This document shows positions 12,547 through 23,500 of a DNA stretch of 64,000 nt, piece after piece; position 1 is the first letter of the stretch, and every line of letters begins with the position of its first letter. Where the stretch lies: the NCBI GenBank assembly GCA_002633005.1, contig NMRA01000038.1:705329-769328 (forward strand), given 5' to 3'. The translations under genes and the position numbers were made by a program. Below the pieces are notes generated by a model. It was not told the origin of the DNA, searched no databases, and worked only from the letters and a program-made list of their open reading frames with translations. This DNA is from Phoronis australis (Eukaryota; Animalia; Phoronida).

Positions 12547-13342
12547 GTTCGTTTGCGGGCTACGTAAACCAGCTAACTCCTCGTACAAATACACACGCGC
12601 GCTCATTATAAGAAAATGGAAAACAATTCAAGCAAAAAAAATCTCACGCAAGGTGGCTAAAAATCAATACATTTCAAACGAGCAAAACAGCCCCATATAA
12701 TTAGAGAGTTTTTCGTAACAAAATTTTGAGGACGGTGTTGATTCAGACGTCACTTGAGCTACTTAACACTGAAATTATACTAATTAACTACGTCAATCGA
12801 AAATCAATGTTCTTACAATGCATTCTCGTCACGTTGAAAGAATCATAAATAAATCAAAATAATTGGATAACAAGCAAATTACACACAAGAATTAAAAAAA
12901 TTCTCACATGCCCTGGAATGTGTCACGACATTTTTTAATGAGCGAATCACAAAGTATTGCAGAGTAGAAGTCCATACGCCTTACATTTTATCGTCTGCAA
13001 AAACACTAATACCAACAACTAAACAGTGCCAGAATTCAATGAAGGAGACAAGGTCATGGTTGAAAAATCAGGTGTCGCAACTGTAATTACTGTACATGGT
13101 ACACGGTAAAAAAGATGGGACACACTTTCCTTTAACATTCACGAAGCCAAACTAACAAAATTAGCTGAAAGTGAAAAATGTCTCAAGTGTAGCAACAAAA
13201 GTTGATCAGCAGATTGATATGGTTCTTGAAGAAGACTACGAATTCGTTAATGATGATCTCCATATCTATGCCGCTGATAAACGACTTTATGTGACCAGGA
13301 TCAGGAAAAAAGAACTTAACTCAGTTAGAAGAGGAACGTAAA

Positions 13343-14107
13343 ATGTCCGAAGCTGCATTTGACAGAGAGAAAACAATTTTGATGGACAAACTTCGCAATA
13401 TCAAAGCATTTCGACAAAACTATAAGAACTCTGGTTCTCCCGTTGGAGACGGATCACGTGTAAAAAAGGGAAGTGTCAGTAAACTTACGGGCGTAAATCT
13501 TAGTAAAAGTGAATCAAATACGGATGCCCTGAAAAGTTCAGAAAGCAAGTTGGTACTCCCAAAACTCGTCATAACGCATTGTTCAGACACTGAATCGAAT
13601 GACGAAACGGACGGCGAAACAAGCGAATCGTCTGACTCCTCTTGTGCGTTAGGGCATTGCATGTGCGTTCGCGTACGAGCCAACAGCCTGGGAAGGGAAG
13701 TAGACTTAAAAACATTTCCAAGTCTTAGTCGTTTTCAGAGTAAGACTTTCCGAGCTAGATTTTTTAAAGCCTACGTGGGGTCATCAAGCAATTCACTTTC
13801 GTGTGCTCGCAGCGAGGAAGTTTCAGAAAATGCTCGCATTCCAACACCTTGGCCAGCATTTCTCAGACATCGAAGTGTGTCTCAGTCAAACGCTCTCCTG
13901 CGAATACCACCCAGATCCGACAATGAGCTTCACGCAAGAATGACTTTGAAAACAATTAATAGTGCTGGTGATGTCAGGAATGGCAGTGGTGTTTCAGACT
14001 TGGCACGGCATGTGCAAAGACTTTCAAAGCACGGAGTGTCGTCTGCCCCAAACTCTCCTTTGTTGACGCGCAGAAAGAAGCATTCTTTACCAAATTATAC
14101 AAGTTAA
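13343..14107 (+). CDS. Intronless Ser-rich ORF (254 aa) of unknown function; possibly extends to ATG 13219 across a 1-nt frameshift (candidate retrocopy or pseudogene)
   Basis: Longest ORF in the window, with a charged helical N-terminus and disordered Ser/Arg-rich body; no recognisable domain. Confidence 0.55.
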   Translation: MSEAAFDREKTILMDKLRNIKAFRQNYKNSGSPVGDGSRVKKGSVSKLTGVNLSKSESNTDALKSSESKLVLPKLVITHCSDTESNDETDGETSESSDSSCALGHCMCVRVRANSLGREVDLKTFPSLSRFQSKTFRARFFKAYVGSSSNSLSCARSEEVSENARIPTPWPAFLRHRSVSQSNALLRIPPRSDNELHARMTLKTINSAGDVRNGSGVSDLARHVQRLSKHGVSSAPNSPLLTRRKKHSLPNYTS

Positions 14108-14595
14108 AATTATGTTTTGGTGGGCATATTTACGAATTTTTGTATTTCTTTTGTAGGTTTTGCTATTGTCATTTTAAAACATGTGTTTATATTGAAAATC
14201 AGTAATACAATATATAATACAATTTAAAATGATGTCATTTGATTTGTATGCTTATGGATTCAATGTAATACTGCTAAACTGTGAGACGCGTATAGAAAAA
14301 TTGACCTGGAAAAACAGTAATGGGAAAGATAGGTTTATGAAAGAAGCGTCTTTTTTCGTGGGGGTGTACATCTTTAGTAATGTGGCAAAAACATGAATGA
14401 GGTTTGATGTTTGACAACCAACGCGACAGATTAAAAGAATCGAGAATTGTTCGTCTTTCCCATCTCTTCGGCCCTTCCTATTTTTGTGTCCGGCCTTCCC
14501 ATATTGGACCGTAGAGCAGTTGCAAAGGGTGCAATCATTTGTACATTTGAAGGGAAAAGGAGAGCATAACAGTGTTGGGATGAGAGAACAGTGGC

Positions 14596-14662
14596 TGGGG
14601 GGGGGGGGGGTCAAANNNNNNNNNNNNNNNNNNNNNGGGGGGGGGGGGGGGGGGGGGGGGGG
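14596..14662. other. Assembly gap (N 14616-14636) between poly-G runs
   Basis: N run flanked on both sides by G-run + tcaaa, suggesting an unmerged overlap. Confidence 0.9.
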
Positions 14663-17375
14663 TCAAAGTTGGAAGGGCGATCTGGTTCGTGAAAACGTAA
14701 TAGAACTTGCATTGGACAAGCGCGATCTTGCAAGAAAGATGCCTCTAACAACCGTGGTCTAACGCGTCATTATCGGCAACAATGAAGTATGAATCTAAGC
14801 GGCCAGTTAGCAGAATATGACTTTTATCAGACAACATCTGTTGCTCGGAGCGTTTTCATAAAAACATTTCATGTGCAGACATGACGTCAAAAACAAAATA
14901 CCATGGTATTGAAATCACACGAACACAATGGAGTTTGCTGTTTAATTGCTGTGGTCGAAGTTCATAACTTCAATAAGTCTGCTCTGCTCAACAATTGTGT
15001 GAAACATGCCTTTGTCGGCTCTTTGATTAGCGATAGTTTCCACGTCATGCGTTATCCAAACTAATTCCAGGCTCCAATGATGCATAAAAGTTGTACGCCG
15101 TGCACCAACAATGAAATCACATCGCTGCCCAATAACATTGTTTTATCATGCATTCAACAGCATAGAGAGACCAATCAATGCTGCGCAGGGGACGAATTTT
15201 GAAATTTTATGTACCTGATCAGGGTGGCTATTGTCCAATTTACTTGAATCTGTTTACATATTGACACAAGGTTGCTGATATATTGACATATTTCGTTGAA
15301 AACACGACTAAACTTTCTGTTTGAAAGCTTGATACAGAGTCGCTCGTAGTGTCTATAAAAATTTCCGTTATTCAGGTGTGCAACTATGTATCAAAACACC
15401 GAGACACATAACAAACAAACAAATTAAAACACTAGGTATATTTAGAAACTGCATGTCTCATCATCAGGCAATAAATGCAATGAACATAATGCGAACATAA
15501 ACGTCACATTCACACTCTCTGCTTGTATGCCCCTATTCCCGCTATCAAGTGTATTTCACCGTTTATTTTGCTTCGTGTGTTCTGCAGACGCGAGAACCTC
15601 GCGAACACGCAAGATCATGCGAGACGCATGTGATCATATTAGATCCCGTAGCGAGATTCTTGCGTCTATGGAACTTTACCCTGGTTGACTTGAGCTAAAC
15701 GAATGTCTGGAAAAACAACGATAGTTCGCTATTTGTAATGACATCTCAAAACACAACGGATTTCATTGTTTTATAACTTTAGTCGAAGCTAACAACTTCA
15801 AAACGTATATCAAATTCAACAGTAATCCAAAAAATGCTTTCTTCAGCCCTGAAGACATCAACTTTATATGGGGCCTTCTTGCAAATCAGAAACCTGTATT
15901 TTGTTAATGTGTTAACTATTTGTTTCCTGTTCTGCAGCATATAAAAAAGTAAGTTCGGTACCATTCAAGATGTGGCCGACACTCCCAGAAATGAAGCTAT
16001 TAAATCATTATAATCTGTATTCTTGTCTTCAATTCTATCTAGTTTGAAGAAATGTTGGGAAAAGGTTCGACTTACGGGATTTGCTTTGAAATTATTTTAT
16101 GAAATTTTTAAATAATAATAATAGTTGAATAGCAAGTCAGGCTATAAGTACATTGACACTGGTGATTGTGAAATTACATGCACATCTAGAAAGTCACAAT
16201 AAATACTTGTCCTTTACTGAAACAAAGTTCATTATAAATTTTATAATCATCTATTTCGATTCATGTTGATACATTTGAATATGAATTTTCAATTTGGTGA
16301 CAACAGAAGAAACCCCGTAAAAAATTATTGGTAATTGTGGGCTGATTAAAGATACTTATACGCTGCCTTTTAGTTAAAAACTTCATAAAACGGATTTTAA
16401 TGCAATTTAGTTCAGCCAAATCCAATTTCAATTAGAACTCGTTCAACACAACTCGAAATATTTTCAAGCATAAAGAGCAGTATCTTCAACTGAATTTAAT
16501 ATGATTTTTTAGTTTAATTTTTATATTTGCTGGTGCACCACCATCGAAAATGGCCGCCGTAGTGAGTGATAGCTGAGTCATCATCGCTATGGGTACTCAC
16601 TCAACTGCCGCCATTTGTAATGAGGTCACCGCAGAAACCCCGCCCGCTTTTTAAAAACATAAAAATAAAATAAGATATTTATACACATAAAATAATAGTA
16701 TAATAACATAAACAGGACTGAAAGTGACGAAATGTCTATATTTCTGTGATATGTTTCGACTGACGAAACTAATTCTGTGTTCTAAATGGATAAATTTAAT
16801 GGAAGAGTGTCTTTAAGGTTATGTAAGACTTTATCAACAAGTCTGCATGTTTACCCAAAAATTTACAAAACTATAGGTTTTCACTCACTATTTTTTTCTA
16901 AAAGGAAAAAAGCATGTAAGATTTGATTTTTACTTTTTTCTAAGCTGTTATTAATTGGGTAGCTTGATCATGTTTTTAGTAAAATTGAGCAAAAAAAGTA
17001 AATTGAAAGCAATACCACAGTACCAAAAACACTAACAAACTAAGTTGCGTTCAAGATGAAATCTCAAAAACGCTGTTGCAATTTCATAAGTTACCATTTC
17101 TTTTCCATTTTATACAAATTTTCACTTTTTCAAAAAACCGATGGGCCCTAATGTTTATGATGGGCCCCAAGCTACATCTTAATTAGTGTAATGGGGAGTC
17201 TAACACTGATAATGGAGCATCACTGGATAACGGAGCCACATGTTGGCATATGTGCATGCTTGTACGAAGCTACGCCGACGACTTTCTCTCCTGCAGTAAC
17301 GGTGATGAATACATTCCTTGTAACCTCTTCATCGCACAAGAATTTTCTGTTCGGCTATGGTCTACATAAATCCTT

Positions 17376-17590
17376 TCAGTTGACAACTACTTCACAGAGA
17401 GTTAAAACGTCATCATAGGTGCTTTCTATCTGAATCGTTAGATATCTTCCGTGCACAGGTTCATCACACACGATGGTTCTAGTCAACTCTCCTGTCCCAA
17501 ATACTCCTTGATGAAAAGTGCAGGTCTCGCTAGAGGCGGCTGTATTTGATGAATTTGAAACCTTGATGTAAAAGTCGTGTAATCTTTCAC
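17376..17590 (-). CDS. Gene C exon 4 (FTLD C-half; not in ORF track)
   Basis: Manual translation: ERLHDFYIKVSNSSNTAASSETCTFHQGVFGTGELTRTIVCDEPVHGRYLTIQIESTYDDVLTLCEVVVN*. Confidence 0.85.
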
Positions 17591-20500
17591 CTAAAGAAGA
17601 GAGAGAGAGAGGCTGTTTATTGCACTTGGAGCTAAGCTCAATTGTACATATTACATTGCAACATTTGGTATGGGTGGCAATTCCATGTCCGGGTATTCAA
17701 TACATATATACATATTTACACGTTACAATGTTNCACGATTTTGAGTATGAAATCTCGAGTATGAGTATGAGTCTGAGTACGGAGATTGGAGACCGGGCCC
17801 AGGTCACATATCAGCTGGTATATGACCCCCCATTGTTTAGCCATCGGGGTTGGGTCTTTGGGTCTGACTAGTAGGCAACGGAGGGTGTTGATAGGTTTCA
17901 TGTAAGAGGAAATTCCGTGAGTTCCGTAGGTGTGTTGTAGGCGTTCAGATATTCCTCTTATGTTATGGGATGGCATCGGAGGGACCATCGAGTTTTTCAG
18001 TAGATTTACGACTAGGGGGGTTAGTAAACATCCATTCCTGGTATCCAGAAGCTCGCAAAGCATCTTCAACGTGGTCCATTTCTTCGACATATTCACCATA
18101 GTCAGTGATGTAACGATCAGCTCTATCCAGGAGGGTATTGGTCCGTATGTGTCGGTTTCCTGTAGATCTTGAATTTGATGGAGCCATTATCGACCGCGTG
18201 TATGTATAGATCCAAGAACGGCAAGGTTCTGTTGATTCTATCTCCATGGTGAATTGAATGCAGCTGTCAATACTGTTGATGTGACCAGTGAAGGTGGAGA
18301 TATCATTTTCCGGGAGCATGACAAAAGTGTCGTCCACGTATCTGAGCCAGATGGGTGGGGGTCTGGGTGCCGACACCAAAGCAGTCTGTTCTGTGTCTCC
18401 TATCATAGCCGGCATATACATGGAAGAGTTTGAACAGACCAGGATCCCAACCACACCTACATTGGAGAAAGCAAGAGACCGTTCCTTACCAGATTCAAAG
18501 AACATCTGAAACTAGACAGACCAACAGCTGTGGGGGAACATATTTTGGCGACTGGGCACACCATCTCTCTTGCGTCATCCAGTGTCCTAACCAAGGAACA
18601 GAACTGGCCTACTCGTAAGCTCAAAGAGGCCATAAACATCAACAGTCAGCGCCCCCTCCTGAACCGGGACAGAGGACTCCACTTACCCCCCGCATTCTTA
18701 ACGAGCGAAAGGCGGGAAATCCCTCATTAATCGACAAAGACATGGCGGACCAGGTCGAAACGTCTGCTAACAACCAACCACGTCTCTAAGTAAGTGACTT
18801 TTTACATCTACAAAGTGATAAATTACAGAAAGCCCAAATATAGTCGCATTTCGTGGATTACATAGCAGGAGTAATCATATAATGAAACAACTGACTTTCA
18901 GCGAGGTCAATGCGTTGGTTTTCAGACCCCAAAAATGTGATAATGACCCAGAAGAAGCCGAAGTCATTATCATATTTTGAGTTATGCGCTTCAGTTAAGA
19001 ATTCAAGCTTAATAGAGCACGGAATGCCCTTTCCAGTCACACAAAATACAGTCATTCTTACCATGCCACAACCGGTTGGCAATGGTGACATTTCGTATAA
19101 CGAGCACCGTCTCCAAATCAACCTGCCACCAGGGGTCTCTCTCCGTGCGAGTATGAGAACATGAGCCGTGAAGGTAGTCCGGGTTCGAGTAACCGTCAAC
19201 AGCTAGTGAGGCACAACCATAGAATTGGACGCTTGATTGCGTAGCAGGTTTGTATAACGCAACATTCTGTTTTACTGCAATCAGAAATACCATACAAGTG
19301 GCATTCGATTTTTTACTTAAATGTCGTGTCGGAACAGCTGTTCAAACACCCTCAAAGTTGTATACAAAAACTCGGAGTTTGTAGACGTAGGCAAGGAGCT
19401 GGCCTGTAACAAGAACGTGTTGCGTAGCCCACAGAGACGACTCAGATCAACTAAACTTTAAAGTTATGCAGGGCTCCAGCAAAAAGTCCAATTTTGTCCA
19501 ACTTCGGAAATGACTGGTCGGAGTCAAATGAGGTACTGTGCTACATGTACAGTTCTCCAAACCGCCGTTAGGAGATGCTTTCAAAGTGTTCCACTTTTTC
19601 TGTGATAAGCTATCAAAAATGACACTTTCGGTAAACACTCTCCAATTTGGGACAGTATATGATGTTTGTGAAAAAATTAAAGTTACCTAAAACCAATTCG
19701 AAACGACAATTTAGAAATTTGTTACATCGATTTGAGGTTTTCTTTTGTGTCATATGAAATTTGCTCATGTTATTGATCTTGTTGTTTTGCTATGAATGTG
19801 CTTTTCTTTTTAAAAATAGTAAAAATAATGGTCACGTGACCTTATTAATGACTGACTGACATGCGGTAAATTCAAAAATCAAATTCTACGTAATTTGTAA
19901 GTTCAGAAAGTACATACAATTACTGAGTTAGATTCTATGGTTTGGTAGCTATTTGGCTAAATGTACAGTGCTGTCGATAAGGTCCTACATAACCTTTGGA
20001 ATCACGGATTGAAATGTCTTAAATCTGAACATTACAACTCCGATTTCCTAATCATAGCAGGCTTTAAGTTATGTGTCTGCACTAGGATTATAAACACTAC
20101 GTAGTACACGGCACTGGAATTGGGCGCATGGTGGCCCAATATAAATGCGAGTTGGTTTGAAACAACTGTGGACGAAATTAAACGCCAGTTTGCTGTCCAG
20201 GTTTCTGAAATAACGGTAATCGGAATAACTTAGAATTTCGTCATGACGAGACAGATTTATAGCGCCTTTAAATGGTTTCAATATTTTTTTTTTCGTTTAA
20301 TACATTTATTACGAAAGTCAAGTACATATACAAACATACACAGCACAGCACAACAACGTACAGAACTGTGCAAACAAAATAACAAGAAAGCATTTCATTG
20401 TTACTTCCAAGTTAAAAAGTACTACTTAAATTTATGTTCTGGCATCTGGTCAACTCTCTGGGTCCTTTCATGTTTCAAAAACACATTTCCAATCTTCCTA

Positions 20501-23500
20501 TTTTTGTATCATTAAATATCCGTGTGTTTAACGAAGCACTAACTTCTACATTAAAACACACCCTTAAAATTTTTTTAAGACATCTTAAATTAGGTTTGAC
20601 GTTAGCAAATTTCATTTTAAAAATGAAAATATTAGTTTGTAAAAGGAACCAATTCAAAATTCTACTCTCTTCATTTTGAAGACCAAATACAATGGTGGTT
20701 TTGTCTATTTCAAAATTAACTTGCATTGCAGTCATTAACCAGAGACGTGCCCCATGCCAGAAAGAATTAACATATTCACATTCAAAGAATCAATGTTCTA
20801 GAGTTTCGAAAAAGTATTTGCAAAATGTACAAGTATTTGAGTCCACATATCTTATCTTATTTAAAAATTAATTAGTAGGTAGAATTCTATGCATTAAGCT
20901 TGTGTCATTTGTACATTCATGTGGAAGTTTGTAATAGAAATTCCACATCTTCTCTGATAGCGAAAAACCCAATACTTTGGATTTCTTTTGTGCAGGTTGG
21001 TATTATGTAATATTTGCACAGAATATGGTAAGAATCCCGACATCCCTTTTTCGTCAAATAATATATTTTAGAGAAAAAGGTACAAGTAGTCCATATATCT
21101 TTTTTAGTATTAAGTTTTTGGAAAACATATTCAGATATTTTTATTGCACTGACAATTGAATAATATTTGAGAAAGCTGACATTAATCTGATGAATCGTCT
21201 GGAAACTTTCAAAAGTTACCATTCCAGTCTAAATAATCGTTCACAAATATTATACCTTTTTCAACAAATGAATCATAAATACAAGGGCTGTATTCCACCG
21301 TAATACTACTGTTGGTTCACATATTAATTGCACCGCATCTTTGTGACCTGAAATAGTTTGCTTGTGAACTAAAATGCTCCAACAATGGAAGCATTCTCTC
21401 CAAAAAGACTTACAATTATCCGATCTAGTTAACTTATAGTCTCCATAGTTCAACATTCCATCTCTAGTAAGCCCGATATCTTTTTACAACAAATAAGTCC
21501 ATGGAGATGTTGTTAAAAAGAATCTTCTAAGCCATGAAATTTTTAAAGACATAATTTTCTGACATCAATCATTCTCAATCCACCCTCTTCTATGGATTGA
21601 ATGAGTACTCCTCTTTTTATTTTATCAGGATTTTCGTCCCAAATGTATTTAAAAAACAAAGTTTCAATATCGCCAAAAGCAGTATCATTGGAACTTGAGG
21701 GCAACATTAGCACATGTATAACTTTTTGAAGCACCAGTGTTTTTAATACTGTGACCTTTCCAAACATAGTCAGCTTTCTACGAGACCATATGTTAATCAG
21801 ATTCTTCATTTCCATTATTTTTGCATCAAAGTTATCTTTGGACACGGTTTCCAAGTTCACGCTGAAATCAATACCCAGAAGCTTAAAATCAACGTCACCC
21901 CATTTTAGTTTCCAACGCGTGCAGTGAAACACTTCTTGAGAGAATTTTCTACTTCCAATCCACACTACTTTTGTCTTAGCATAGTTTATCTTCAGCCCCG
22001 ACATCCCTGCATAGAACTCTAGGTTGTTCATAAATGCTGCAAGGGATCTTGGGTTCCGTTTAAGGTGAAAGTTGTGTCATCTGCGTATTGTGTTATAACG
22101 AAGTCTTCGTTGTCGATTTTAACATCTTTCATTTCAGGATCATGTTTCATCAATATGGACAAAATTTCAGCACACAGTACATGTATAAAAATATAAGGGG
22201 AGAGAGGATCACCTTGTCGACATCCGCGTTCTAGTATGAAGTTGTCTGACAGAAATCCATTTTGTATGACACGGGCAACTGGTTTATTGTAGAATGTTCT
22301 TACATATCGAATAATATTGGCTTTGGAATTGAAATTATCCAGGACTTTGAATATTTTAATATTAAAAGTCTCAGGAAACACTATCAAAACTCTTTTCAAA
22401 ATCTTTCAACACAAGTAGTCCTGGAATGTTGTGTTTGTCTGTATAACTCATAATATCATTGTATCAATTATTTGATATTTGTAAACTGGAACAGCATATT
22501 GACGTTTTACCTCAGTAATTTTTTCTTAAATTTTTTTAGTATATTCCAAGTCACCCAACAGGAAATTGTTGAATTTCCAAAGGTCTTTCTCTCTTAAGTT
22601 TCTTTTAATTTAACACTCAATAGCACACCTGAATGATCTGATCTGTAACTGACTATTATGTTAATTTTACACACACAGTGAAGTAATTTTTTTGAAAGTA
22701 TGAAAAAGTCCAGTCTCGCCTGCTTTGTAGGATTTTTGGGTCTCCATGTATAACGGTTTAAATTCGGGTGGAATTCCCGAAATGGATCTACGAGGTCCCA
22801 CATTTGTATTCGTTCTTTTAATTTTTCACTAGCATTTGGATTATTGCGTTATTTATAGTAACGCGTGTCTTTAGACTGGTCTAAAACAAGGTTGAAATCT
22901 CCACATGCAATAATTTTTTCATTACCCACCTCCTCAATTTCCTTAAAAAGTTCGAAAAAAGTCAGGTTTGTCCTCGTTTGGTCCATACAAGTTTACAAGC
23001 GTAATTCTCTCTCCCTCCATTGTTATATCATGTAATATACAATTCCCACTTTTGTCACCTCTCCATGATCGTGAATTTGATGTTCCAAATTATTACTCAG
23101 CATTATTGCAAGTTTTCTTGCATTGCTTTTGATTGAACTGAAATAGCAGGAAAATCCCCACTGTAATTGGACTTGATCCTCAAAAGCCTTCACAAAATGG
23201 GTATCTTGAAGACAATAAATATTGTATGACTTATCTTTTAGGTACTTTAGAACATCAAGTCTTTTCCCGGAATCTCCAAGTCCCTGACAGTTTAAAGAAA
23301 GTATTTTAATTTCCATTCTTGTTGAATTTTAATTTGTGGACCACGAGTAAAGTCAAGAATTGTTCTCAGTGACATTAAACATTTAACGTTTTCATTTGGA
23401 CTGATTAATTTTTCTGCACATACTACCAGTGAATGTTTGCACAGCCTTGAACATAAAAATTTATACAAGAAAAGAGCCACAATGGACAAAAAGCTATCAA

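Noticed and set aside
14484-14762. Poly-Gly ORF across G-runs
   Set aside because: Spans an assembly gap; artefact.
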